Shown: positions 38,498 through 46,873 of the stretch, piece by piece | Layout of the letters: each line of letters starts with the position of its first letter | How positions within the stretch are numbered: position 1 is the stretch's first letter | IMG/VR virus record: IMGVR_UViG_3300021255_000080 | From: a virus | Direction: 5' to 3' (one strand) | Length of the DNA stretch: 64,000 bases | Notes under the pieces: model-generated | Databases searched by the model: none | Told to the model about the DNA's origin: nothing | What the model saw: only the letters and a program-made list of their open reading frames with translations | Made by a program: the position numbers and the translations under genes

Positions 38498-38895
38498 GGG
38501 GCGCGTACCTCGTCGTCGACAAGGTGACGGGCGAGGTTGCCGGAAGGTTCGCGACGCTCGCGTCGGCCGCCGAGAGCCTCGGGAGGCACGCGGGGTGCAC
38601 GAGGCAGGTCAACGGGCTCAAGATGTTCGACCGCTGCCGCTTCGTGATACGGCGCGAATCCGACTACGACCCCCACGAGAGCTTCGCGGGGAAGAGGAGG
38701 GGCGTCCCCGTCGTGGCTATAGCCGGCAAGTCGGTGACGGTCTACGACGACGCCCCCACGGCGGTGGAGGCCCTGCACGTGAGCAGGTCGACGCTGCAGA
38801 AGTACCTGAGCACGGGCGAGCCCATCGACGGCGAGGTGACCGTGAGGTTCCTGCCGTTCATGGGCGCCCTGGGAAACGGAAGGAGAACGGCATGA
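38494..38895 (+). CDS. NUMOD1/IENR1 tandem-repeat DNA-binding protein (paralogue 1)
   Basis: TLASAAESLGRHAGCTRQVNG and TAVEALHVSRSTLQKYLSTG repeats; YDPHESF motif shared with 39920-40339. Confidence 0.45.
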   Translation: MRGAYLVVDKVTGEVAGRFATLASAAESLGRHAGCTRQVNGLKMFDRCRFVIRRESDYDPHESFAGKRRGVPVVAIAGKSVTVYDDAPTAVEALHVSRSTLQKYLSTGEPIDGEVTVRFLPFMGALGNGRRTA

Positions 38896-39206
38896 GGCAC
38901 GAGGTCATGCTTCCCATCGAGCTGAACACCGACGCGATCGAGCAGAAGATCGAGAAGGACGGATACGACGAGCTGATGGTCAGGCTCTACGAAAGGTGCG
39001 AGGCCGAGCTGCCGATGAAGTGGCCGAGGGCCTACGGATGCGGCCAGAAGGTGCCCGACTGGGCGGCGTTCGTCGAGCACTCCGCCGACCGCTTCATGCG
39101 CGAGCACCAGGACGAAATCATCGAGGCCGCGACCAAGCGGCTGGTGGACCGCATGACGAAGACCAAGGCGTACAAGGAGGCCGTCTCGAAGGCGGTGGGC
39201 GAATGA
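38892..39206 (+). CDS. hypothetical protein
   Basis: 104-aa ORF. Confidence 0.4.
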   Translation: MRHEVMLPIELNTDAIEQKIEKDGYDELMVRLYERCEAELPMKWPRAYGCGQKVPDWAAFVEHSADRFMREHQDEIIEAATKRLVDRMTKTKAYKEAVSKAVGE

Positions 39207-39397
39207 GCGACCCGAAGATAAGGGAGGCGTGCCCGTTCTGCGGCCGCGTAGGCATGCAGGAGGTCGGCCATTCGCCCCGCTGGGGCTACTTCGTCAGGTG
39301 CGCCTGCCATGCGGTCGGACCGGGCGCCGGAAGCAGGCAGGGGGCCATAGACGCATGGAACCATAGGCCCGAGCCGGTGCAGGGGAGGCTCCTGTGA
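39203..39397 (+). CDS. lar: Lar-family restriction alleviation protein
   Basis: 64 aa: ..ACPFCGRVG...RWGYFVRCACHAVGPGA...AIDAWNHRP. Confidence 0.55.
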   Translation: MSDPKIREACPFCGRVGMQEVGHSPRWGYFVRCACHAVGPGAGSRQGAIDAWNHRPEPVQGRLL

Positions 39398-39424
39398 CGA
39401 TGGTTTGCGAGAAGGGGAGGTCAG

Positions 39425-39697
39425 ATGAGCTTCGGCGAAGGTGACCTGCACGTCGAGAACGAGCGGCTCAAGGAGAAGGTCGCAGAGCTCGAGGCCGACG
39501 TCGACCGCGTGAAGGTCGTCAACGGAGAGCTTTGCGATGAAATCAACCGCCAGGAGCGGCGCATCAGGGAGCTTGAATCGCTCGCGCGGGACATGTACCG
39601 CACAATTGGCGCATCGAAGGCGAGCGTCATGGTCGCGAGAACGAGGTACGAGTATTACGCGGAGCGCATGCGCGAGCTGGGAATCGAGGTGCGCTGA
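39425..39697 (+). CDS. coiled-coil protein ending in conserved AERMRELGIEVR junction
   Basis: 90 aa; RBS GAAGGGGAGG. Confidence 0.4.
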   Translation: MSFGEGDLHVENERLKEKVAELEADVDRVKVVNGELCDEINRQERRIRELESLARDMYRTIGASKASVMVARTRYEYYAERMRELGIEVR

Positions 39698-39927
39698 TGG
39701 ACAGGCAGCAATGGAAGCTGGAATTCGGGATGCGCCTGGCCGACGCCCGAATCGCCAAGGGCCTGTCCCAGAACGAGCTGGGAAGGCTCCTCGGAATCCA
39801 CGCGAACATGGTCGGCCATTACGAGCAGGGCAGGCACGAGCCGAAGGCGCACATCCTGATGCGTTTATGCGAGGAGCTGGAAGTCAGCGCCGACGAAATC
39901 CTGGGACTGGAGGCGGAGCATGGCTAA
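39697..39927 (+). CDS. XRE-family HTH regulator
   Basis: LSQNELGRLLGIHANMVGHYEQGRHEP. Confidence 0.6.
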   Translation: MDRQQWKLEFGMRLADARIAKGLSQNELGRLLGIHANMVGHYEQGRHEPKAHILMRLCEELEVSADEILGLEAEHG

Positions 39928-40339
39928 CACGTCGAGGCGATGCTACATCGTCGACAAGATCACTGGGAAGGTCGTGAGCGAGCACGAGTCGCTCTCGGCC
40001 GCGGCGGCGGAGCTGGGGATGGACCCGTCCATATGCCGGCAGGTGCGCAACAAGAGCCTGCTCGACAGCAGGCGCTGCACCGTGCGCCTCGTCGAGGATT
40101 ACGACCCCCACGAGAGCTTCGAGCACCAGCGCAAGGGCGTCCCCGTCTTCGCGGTCAGGGGGCGCGAGGTGCGCGCGTGGTGCGACAGGGGCGAGGCGGC
40201 GTCCGACCTGCATCTCGCCAAGAGCTCGCTCTACGACGCCCTGTACAGGAAGACGCCCACGATGAGCGGCTGGCGCGTCTTCAGGATGCCCAGGATGGGG
40301 GCGCTCAACAAGGTGCTGGGATTGGAGGAGAGATGCTGA
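39920..40339 (+). CDS. NUMOD1/IENR1 tandem-repeat DNA-binding protein (paralogue 2)
   Basis: SLSAAAAELGMDPSICRQVRNK...YDPHESF...HLAKSSLYDALYRK. Confidence 0.45.
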   Translation: MANTSRRCYIVDKITGKVVSEHESLSAAAAELGMDPSICRQVRNKSLLDSRRCTVRLVEDYDPHESFEHQRKGVPVFAVRGREVRAWCDRGEAASDLHLAKSSLYDALYRKTPTMSGWRVFRMPRMGALNKVLGLEERC

Positions 40340-40476
40340 CGCACGTCATCGCCTTCGCAGTCGGAGCAGTAGGGACGTTTTCCGCGCTGGTTGCCTACGC
40401 CTGCTGCCGAGTCAGCGGCGAGGCGAGCCGAATCGAGGAGGGCGTCTGCCCGTGCTGTGGGAAGGAGCTGGAATGA
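40333..40476 (+). CDS. small membrane protein
   Basis: 47 aa; TM helix + CPCCG. Confidence 0.3.
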   Translation: MLTHVIAFAVGAVGTFSALVAYACCRVSGEASRIEEGVCPCCGKELE

Positions 40477-40751
40477 ACGGGTATTGCAGGAGGTGCAGGC
40501 GCTTCATCGAGCGGCACAAGGTCCTGTGGTTCGAGGAGCCAATCAGGCGGTTCGGCATCAGGTTCCTGCTGAACGGCTACGGGACCGTCGAGAACTCATA
40601 CGAAATCTGCGACGAATGCTACGACGAGCTGATGAAGTTCTGGGAGGGCAAGGCAATCGAGGCGGTCACGTACGATGACCAATGCCCTCATTGCGGCGCG
40701 TTGATGCAGCACAGCAAGTTCTGCTCGGAGTGCGGGAAGGAGCTGCGATGA
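40473..40751 (+). CDS. zinc-finger protein
   Basis: CRRCRR...CDECYDE...CPHCG...CSECG. Confidence 0.4.
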   Translation: MNGYCRRCRRFIERHKVLWFEEPIRRFGIRFLLNGYGTVENSYEICDECYDELMKFWEGKAIEAVTYDDQCPHCGALMQHSKFCSECGKELR

Positions 40752-41263
40752 CGGTGAACGGAGAGGTGCGAGACTTCGAGGACAGCCGCGAGAAGCTGGA
40801 AGCGGACGTATTAAGCGAGTCTGCGTCCTGGCTGCACACGCCGTACGGTTTTCGCAAGGTGCGCAATTGGCTCGACCGACAAGCTGCAATCACGCGGCGC
40901 GAGTACTCCGGTGTGGACTGGTTCGCGATCATACACAACCTTCGCGACGAAATCGCCGAGCTGGAAGACAAGGTGGACAGGCTCACCGCCGAGCGCGACG
41001 AGGCCGTGGAAGCCTACGACGCCCACATGGCCGCGCACGACGCATGGCACGAGGCCGAGGACATCAAGTACACGCGGAACCGCTTCGCCATCTACGAGCA
41101 GGCCACCAAGGAGCGGGTGGCACGGCTCGAATCTGAACGCGACGCACTAGCTCACGACCTCGCCGAGTCCGAGACGTTGTGCAGCGTGCTGCGCAACAGG
41201 CTGTCGATGGCGCTCGATTTGGCGCACGAAATCACGATGCTACAGGACTTGGAGGTGGACTAA
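40748..41263 (+). CDS. hypothetical coiled-coil protein
   Basis: 171-aa ORF. Confidence 0.4.
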   Translation: MTVNGEVRDFEDSREKLEADVLSESASWLHTPYGFRKVRNWLDRQAAITRREYSGVDWFAIIHNLRDEIAELEDKVDRLTAERDEAVEAYDAHMAAHDAWHEAEDIKYTRNRFAIYEQATKERVARLESERDALAHDLAESETLCSVLRNRLSMALDLAHEITMLQDLEVD

Positions 41264-41431
41264 ATGACGGACACCGAAAAGGCCGCACGCGCAATCGGAT
41301 ACCTCGAAGGCTTCAGCGTGTTCATGTGGGCGTTCGTCGGTGAGAAGCTCGCAGACGAGAGCGTGGCGGCGTACGACGAGGCCGTGGAGACGTTGCGCAA
41401 GGCGATTTTCAAGAAGGAGGTGGACGAATGA
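41264..41431 (+). CDS. hypothetical protein
   Basis: 55 aa; TAAATG junction. Confidence 0.35.
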   Translation: MTDTEKAARAIGYLEGFSVFMWAFVGEKLADESVAAYDEAVETLRKAIFKKEVDE

Positions 41432-41628
41432 GCGAAAAGAAATTGGCGACCATCGCGTTGCAGCTCGTCCGCTTCCACTACGAAAAGGATGACGAGAGGT
41501 TCGACGAGTCGTGCATCGAGCTGGAGAACTGGTTCTACGACCGCGACGAAATCGACCTTGCGGAGTTCGCGATGGTGTGCCGCTGCCCAGCGTGCGCGTT
41601 CGTACCGATGGAGGTTGACGATGACTAA
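41428..41628 (+). CDS. hypothetical protein
   Basis: 66 aa; CRCPAC. Confidence 0.4.
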   Translation: MSEKKLATIALQLVRFHYEKDDERFDESCIELENWFYDRDEIDLAEFAMVCRCPACAFVPMEVDDD

Positions 41629-42193
41629 TGGAACCGCGTCCGAAACTAATGGAATTACACGCGGAACTAATGGAGACGGCCTGCTGAGCTGCCCATTCTG
41701 CGGGGGCGAAGCCAAACTGTACGACGATTACAGCTCCGGGCGCGACGAACACCGCTGGCAGGTCTGGCACGTGTGCGATAGCGGGCCAGAGGGTGAGAGT
41801 GCGGGCTATGGTGAGGCGTGTCACACGTCGATAGACACGCCTTGGTTCAAGAGCCGCGAGAAGGCCGTCGAAGCCTGGAACACCCGAGTGGCAGTTACCG
41901 AGGCCGACTTCGCGAGGGCCGTGCACGACGGCGAGCTATGGGGCAAGTGCTCGGAGTGCAAGGAGCGCCAAGGCTACTACCTCGACGCCGAGACGATACA
42001 GCGCCAGCAGGAGCACATCGAGAAGCTGACGGTAGAGCGTGACGCCTACTTCGAGATGGTCAAGCGAGTACAGTCCGACTGCGACGCACGCGACGAGCTG
42101 ATTCGCGACATGTGGCCGTTCGTGCTGGCAGACGGCGCGTCGGAGGCGTTCGCCGAGCGCATGCGCGAGCTTGGAATCGAGGCGAGGCCATGA
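41621..42193 (+). CDS. Lar-like zinc-ribbon domain fused to C-terminal domain ending ...AERMRELGIEARP
   Basis: LLSCPFCGGEAKLY...WQVWHVCDSG...AVEAWNTR; shares the MTNGTASETNGI leader with 42443. Confidence 0.5.
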   Translation: MTNGTASETNGITRGTNGDGLLSCPFCGGEAKLYDDYSSGRDEHRWQVWHVCDSGPEGESAGYGEACHTSIDTPWFKSREKAVEAWNTRVAVTEADFARAVHDGELWGKCSECKERQGYYLDAETIQRQQEHIEKLTVERDAYFEMVKRVQSDCDARDELIRDMWPFVLADGASEAFAERMRELGIEARP

Positions 42194-42450
42194 GTGAGCT
42201 TGATGAGCTGGCCGGGATGTTGGACGCGGCGGGAATCGAGTACGGATGCCCAAGCAGAGACGGAACGACCCTGCGCTCGCTCCACTGGCAGACGGACGGC
42301 GGGCACGCCGCCGCGTTCGAGCACCCAGACGGGGGGTTGATGCTCAGCACCGTCGGAGGCATGTTCGCGTCGCCAGGGACCATTGCGGCGCTTGCGGTGG
42401 AGAACAGGAAGAAGAAACGGTCAATCGAGGAGGAGGGCGGCGATGACTAA
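42190..42450 (+). CDS. hypothetical protein
   Basis: 86 aa; ATGA coupling. Confidence 0.35.
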   Translation: MSELDELAGMLDAAGIEYGCPSRDGTTLRSLHWQTDGGHAAAFEHPDGGLMLSTVGGMFASPGTIAALAVENRKKKRSIEEEGGDD

Positions 42451-43039
42451 TGGAACCGCGTCCGAAACTAATGGAATTCTATCTGAGGCTACATTACTGC
42501 CCTGCCCGTTCTGCGGGGGCGAAGCGTCGTGGATTGCGGCGCGGCAAAGGGAGGACGGCACGTACCACCCCGCTTCGTGCGGTTGCCGCAAGTGCGGAAT
42601 CCAGTGCTATGGCGAGAGCGACTACGGCCACGGCGGCTTCGCGACCGAAGAGGATCGCGAAGCATCGATGGAGCAGGCGGTCTCGAAGTGGAACACCCGC
42701 ACGCCCGAACAGGCAATCGCCGCGACGCTGGGCGCTGGAAGGCTGACAGCCGAGCAGGTGGAAAAAGTCATCATGTCATCCGATTACTGGGAGAGGGTGA
42801 ATAATCATCCAGCCCTCCATGACGGCGTTTGGCAGGCAATCGCCGACGAGCTGAACGCGACGCTGGTCGGCGGGGAGTGCGAGTGCGAAGGCACGATTGA
42901 ATGGCAATGGGCAGGCCCGACCACGTACTACGAGCACGAGCTGTCATGTGGCCACGTCATTACCAGCGTGGACAACGAGCCGCCGAACTTCTGTGAGGAA
43001 TGCGGACGCAAGATTCGGAAGGCGGTGAAGCGTGGCTAA
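42443..43039 (+). CDS. Lar-like zinc-ribbon fusion protein (paralogue 3)
   Basis: LLPCPFCGGEASWIAAR...SCGCRKCG...AVSKWNTRTP; ends ...RKAVKRG. Confidence 0.5.
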   Translation: MTNGTASETNGILSEATLLPCPFCGGEASWIAARQREDGTYHPASCGCRKCGIQCYGESDYGHGGFATEEDREASMEQAVSKWNTRTPEQAIAATLGAGRLTAEQVEKVIMSSDYWERVNNHPALHDGVWQAIADELNATLVGGECECEGTIEWQWAGPTTYYEHELSCGHVITSVDNEPPNFCEECGRKIRKAVKRG

Positions 43040-43157
43040 ATGCAAGGACTGCCTGCACTGCACTTACGACGGACTGTGTCTGATTGCTGGCAAGTTTACG
43101 TTAATCGACATTGAGCACGACTGCCGTGCTTTCGTCAGGAAGGCGGTGAAGCGATGA
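43032..43157 (+). CDS. possible Cys-rich minigene (GTG start)
   Basis: VAKCKDCLHCTYDGLCLIAGKFT...RAFVRKAVKR; bounded by the conserved AGGAAGGCGGTGAAGCG(A/T)TG junctions. Confidence 0.25.
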   Translation: MAKCKDCLHCTYDGLCLIAGKFTLIDIEHDCRAFVRKAVKR

Positions 43158-43378
43158 GCAAGAAGCTGAAACGCAAGGTCAAGCTGCCAACCGACCGCAC
43201 GGGAGCGCCCATCACAATCGGCGACGTTCTCGAATGGGATGACGGCGAGAGGATGCGCGTGGACGTTCTTGAGTGGTACGGAGACGGATTCTGGTGCGCG
43301 ACCGATTGCAGCCAGGACGATTTCAGCGACAACATCAGCGCTGCGATCGTGGTCGCGAGGAAGGCGGTGAAGCGATGA
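43154..43378 (+). CDS. hypothetical protein ending ...ARKAVKR
   Basis: 74 aa. Confidence 0.4.
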   Translation: MSKKLKRKVKLPTDRTGAPITIGDVLEWDDGERMRVDVLEWYGDGFWCATDCSQDDFSDNISAAIVVARKAVKR

Positions 43379-43674
43379 TTGACTTCAACTACACGGCACC
43401 CGAGTTACTGCCGCTGAGGATTCAAGAAGTGCTCGAAGCGCCTAATGAGCCGCACAGAATCGGCGGCGTGGTGTACGTGCCAGAGGGCGGCGGGGATAGC
43501 TCAATCTATTCCGAGCTGTTCGGCACTCCCGAACGGGCGGCGCGGGTAATCGTGGCGCTGAATCATTGTCGCGTGGTCAGTTGCGAGGAATGTGCTGCCC
43601 GTGGTGCGTGCAGGTACGACGGCTGCGGTGACGATTACGACGCGCTGCTCGAATGGCTGAAGGGTGATGCGTGA
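43375..43674 (+). CDS. hypothetical protein ending ...LKGDA
   Basis: 99 aa. Confidence 0.4.
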   Translation: MIDFNYTAPELLPLRIQEVLEAPNEPHRIGGVVYVPEGGGDSSIYSELFGTPERAARVIVALNHCRVVSCEECAARGACRYDGCGDDYDALLEWLKGDA

Positions 43675-43949
43675 TGAAGCACGTGAGCTACACGCCATGT
43701 TGGACGGACGATAGCCAGGTGTTCCCGTCGCATATCGTCGTAATCGACGGCAAGGGCGCGATTCGCAATTACACGCCCGAGCTGCTGTGCTACGTGGAGA
43801 GCATGCCGATGGGCATACACGTGGACGATGGTGACGTGGACGTTTGCTCGAACTGCCGCGTGCCGATTGACGATTGCGGCTATTTCTGCTCGAACTGCGG
43901 GGCGCGAATCGTTGACAAGCGCGAGTTGCTGAGAGGTGATGCGGAATGA
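43674..43949 (+). CDS. zinc-ribbon protein ending ...LLRGDAE
   Basis: CSNCRVP...CSNCGA. Confidence 0.4.
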   Translation: MKHVSYTPCWTDDSQVFPSHIVVIDGKGAIRNYTPELLCYVESMPMGIHVDDGDVDVCSNCRVPIDDCGYFCSNCGARIVDKRELLRGDAE

Positions 43950-44122
43950 GCGAGCCGATCACGACGCTCGAAGAACCCAAGTTCGACAAATGGCGCGAGA
44001 CGCACATCGACTACACGGAAAGCCTGGGTGAAGCGTACAAGTCGCTGAGCATCGAGACGTACCTGACGTTCGACGAGCTGATGACGTTCGTCCGCGAGAT
44101 GCTGAGGGGTGATGCGGAATGA
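43946..44122 (+). CDS. hypothetical protein ending ...MLRGDAE
   Basis: 58 aa. Confidence 0.35.
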   Translation: MSEPITTLEEPKFDKWRETHIDYTESLGEAYKSLSIETYLTFDELMTFVREMLRGDAE

Positions 44123-44466
44123 GCGAGAAGCAAACGGCATTCGATCGCGTTCACTTCAACGAGTACGGCGACTATCTCGACAAGCCTTACGTTGTGCGTG
44201 CGCTCAAGTCGTTCGACGTGAACAGAGACGATGGTGACGGGTTCTTAATCGAGAACGAATCCTTCACCGTCGAAGAGGGCAGCGTATGGCACATCTACAG
44301 CCCATGGTGCGAGAACGACGTGGAGCTTATCGAAGCAAACACCGGCAACGTTTACGGCAGATTGAGCCTCAACTGGGATGACTTGAAGCTGTTCGAGCTG
44401 CTGGAAGAAGGCGGCTATTACGACGATGACGCGCACGCCGAGCAGCTGCGCGGGGAAGGAGAGTGA
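44119..44466 (+). CDS. hypothetical acidic protein ending ...QLRGEGE
   Basis: 115 aa. Confidence 0.4.
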   Translation: MSEKQTAFDRVHFNEYGDYLDKPYVVRALKSFDVNRDDGDGFLIENESFTVEEGSVWHIYSPWCENDVELIEANTGNVYGRLSLNWDDLKLFELLEEGGYYDDDAHAEQLRGEGE

Positions 44467-44467
44467 C

Positions 44468-44668
44468 ATGGGAGTGGTGGTCGATTACGACGAAGGCGGC
44501 ATTGACGTCATCTGCCCGTTCAGGGAAGAGCCGTGCATGACCGAGTGCATGATGATGCGCCCGACCGGATTTGGCGAGCCGCGCTGCTCGTTTCGCGTGA
44601 TAGCCGACGAGCTGGTTTTGATTAGCGGTGATTTGCGCAAGCTGCGCGGGGAAGGAGAGGATAAATGA
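44468..44668 (+). CDS. hypothetical protein ending ...KLRGEGEDK
   Basis: 66 aa. Confidence 0.4.
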   Translation: MGVVVDYDEGGIDVICPFREEPCMTECMMMRPTGFGEPRCSFRVIADELVLISGDLRKLRGEGEDK

Positions 44669-44853
44669 TAGCGCCCTACACGAACACAGACCCGAATTAT
44701 CCGATGCTGTACCGCGAGGACATAAACGCCCGCATGTGGTGCGTCCAGAACGCAGGCAGCGGGAAATATTTCGAATCGCTCGACGAAGCGTTGGACTACA
44801 TGCGCGAACGCTGGGGAGAGCGCAACCCGGGCGGGAAAGGAGAGGACGAATGA
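44665..44853 (+). CDS. hypothetical protein ending ...GGKGEDE
   Basis: 62 aa. Confidence 0.4.
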   Translation: MIAPYTNTDPNYPMLYREDINARMWCVQNAGSGKYFESLDEALDYMRERWGERNPGGKGEDE

Positions 44854-45137
44854 AATGTCCATTCAACGGATTGGTCAAATGCTCAGACGATTGCATGGCG
44901 CTCGACAAGACCGAATTTGGTCACAGGTCGTGCAAGTTGGTAGACATGTCTGAGCATGTCGAAGATTTATCGGCGGCGGTGCATGGATTGGACAAGACGC
45001 TATTCGACACGCTGGGCAGCTCGAAGACGGGCGATGCGCTCGATTCGGTAGCAAGGCTTGATGACGCGATCGGCATCGTTGCGAACGAAATCGGCGAGAT
45101 AGCGGACGCGATGCGCGGGGAAGGAGAGGGAGAATGA
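44850..45137 (+). CDS. hypothetical protein ending ...AMRGEGEGE
   Basis: 95 aa; MKCPFNG. Confidence 0.4.
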   Translation: MKCPFNGLVKCSDDCMALDKTEFGHRSCKLVDMSEHVEDLSAAVHGLDKTLFDTLGSSKTGDALDSVARLDDAIGIVANEIGEIADAMRGEGEGE

Positions 45138-45628
45138 GCGAGATCAAGGCACTGGAAGAGCTGCGCAAACTTGATGGGTGCATCGACATACCGATGCTGA
45201 AGAACAAGCTGTGCGCCGACACCAACACGCACAACGTCATCGCCGCGCTCGAAGCTATAGCCGACGAAATCGAAGCCGAAATCGCCGAGCGGTTCATGGA
45301 GCTGCCCGTTGATGCGGAGGGCGTGCCGATAAGGATTGGCGATTTGCTTGTGCTCCAACACGAAGTCAAGGAAAAGCCGTCGGAAGTAGAGAGCATCACT
45401 TTTGACGGGCAGGATTGGTATTTCACCAGTAGCGATGGATTCCTTAACGCAGCGGGGTTCAGCCATGTCAAGCCGCGAACGTTGGAATCGGTGCTCGCAG
45501 ACCTCACCAACGAGGTGTGGGAGGCGTCCTGCACGTGCCACACCACGTGGAGCGACAGCGGTTTGGATGGCATCGAGAAGCGGTACGCCGACGAGATAAG
45601 AAGCCTGATTGGAGGAGAAGATGCTTAG
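45134..45628 (+). CDS. hypothetical protein
   Basis: 164-aa ORF. Confidence 0.4.
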   Translation: MSEIKALEELRKLDGCIDIPMLKNKLCADTNTHNVIAALEAIADEIEAEIAERFMELPVDAEGVPIRIGDLLVLQHEVKEKPSEVESITFDGQDWYFTSSDGFLNAAGFSHVKPRTLESVLADLTNEVWEASCTCHTTWSDSGLDGIEKRYADEIRSLIGGEDA

Positions 45629-46013
45629 CATCGACTACGTGAAGGAGCACTACGGAGACTTCGGTATCGACATCGATGACCGTTTCGGAGCGAGGTTCGT
45701 CGATTTCCTGCCCTACGAGCAGTGGAAGGATTACGGATTCTCGATCCGCGAGGGACATGATATTCCGGAGCCGAAGGAGTGGACCGAGGAGAACGTCCTG
45801 GCCCAGCTGAAAGAAGACGTGGAGTTCGGGTGGGAGAAGGCCTGCGACGAGCGCGGCATCTCGTCTTCGCTGATGTACGAGGTGTGCAAGTCGTGGTGCA
45901 AGGTGCTTGAAAACGAGTTCGCCGACTTCGACGAGTACTCGCCTTACGGGAAGCCGCTGTTCTACAGGCTTGCCAAGCATTACGGCTGGGAACTGCCGAG
46001 GGAGGAGTACTGA
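45621..46013 (+). CDS. hypothetical protein
   Basis: 130 aa; RBS GGAGGAGAAG. Confidence 0.4.
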   Translation: MLSIDYVKEHYGDFGIDIDDRFGARFVDFLPYEQWKDYGFSIREGHDIPEPKEWTEENVLAQLKEDVEFGWEKACDERGISSSLMYEVCKSWCKVLENEFADFDEYSPYGKPLFYRLAKHYGWELPREEY

Positions 46014-46014
46014 C

Positions 46015-46320
46015 ATGAGCAAACGAGGAGCCACGCACAAAGGCCCTCGTTTCCGAAAGTACCCGCCACCTCCGAGGAACATGAGAGGGCAGAGAAATCG
46101 AAAGTACGACGATGTAGACACCGGGTTGGTCGATTTCCCAGCCGAGAAGCTGGCGAAGATGGTCGAGAACTGCCGGAGGAAGGCTTCCCACAAGACATAC
46201 GCCCATGCCCTGGCAGCAAAGAGGGAGAGCGAGAGGGCGTACGGCAAGGAGTTCCATATCTTCGAATGCCCCCTCTGCGGCAAGTGGCACTTGACCACCC
46301 ATCCATGGATGAAGGAGTAG
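46015..46320 (+). CDS. basic zinc-finger protein
   Basis: RBS GGGAGGAG; HIFECPLCGKWH. Confidence 0.4.
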   Translation: MSKRGATHKGPRFRKYPPPPRNMRGQRNRKYDDVDTGLVDFPAEKLAKMVENCRRKASHKTYAHALAAKRESERAYGKEFHIFECPLCGKWHLTTHPWMKE

Positions 46321-46322
46321 AC

Positions 46323-46520
46323 ATGAAATGCCCGATGATGTTCGGCGGTACGGGCGTTGCCGAGGACGAGGAATGCAAGCCTGACTGCATGTGGCTGGTG
46401 AGGCGCTACAACAGCAGGAGGGACGAGGAAATCGAGACGTGCGCCGTCGCCGTCCTGGCGCGGAGGGGCGCGCCGAGCAGGCCGAGGTGGAGGCTCGCGA
46501 ACAGATTGGATGGTGAATGA
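46323..46520 (+). CDS. hypothetical protein
   Basis: 65 aa. Confidence 0.35.
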   Translation: MKCPMMFGGTGVAEDEECKPDCMWLVRRYNSRRDEEIETCAVAVLARRGAPSRPRWRLANRLDGE

Positions 46521-46873
46521 TGGAATTCAAGCCCGGAGAGCTGTTCGTCTACACGAACGGCGATAGGTGGGAGCTGGGCCAGGTCAAGGCCAGGGCAAGG
46601 GACGATGCCTACTTCTGCTTGTATTCGACGGGAGACACGGCGGCTTGCACGCCCGTTGCCAACATGCACAAGTTGGCGAATGCTGGTTGGAGCCACGTCG
46701 AGCGCGAGGACAACTCATGCGAGTGGGAGCTGGTGCATTCTGGCACCCTGTACGACAAGTTTCGTTGCAGCAAGTGCCTGTACGAATACGTCGAGAGCAG
46801 GACGGACGGCGGCGCGACCGATTTGGCGCCGAGGTTCTGCCCTGAATGCGGGAGGGTTGTCGAATGGACCTAA
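46517..46873 (+). CDS. hypothetical Cys-containing protein
   Basis: 118 aa; CSKC...CPECG. Confidence 0.4.
   Translation: MMEFKPGELFVYTNGDRWELGQVKARARDDAYFCLYSTGDTAACTPVANMHKLANAGWSHVEREDNSCEWELVHSGTLYDKFRCSKCLYEYVESRTDGGATDLAPRFCPECGRVVEWT

Noticed and set aside
43016-45137. CRISPR-like array because of regularly recurring ~20-nt repeats
   Set aside because: Repeats are stop/RBS/start junctions of protein-coding minigenes with variable spacing (200-350 nt).
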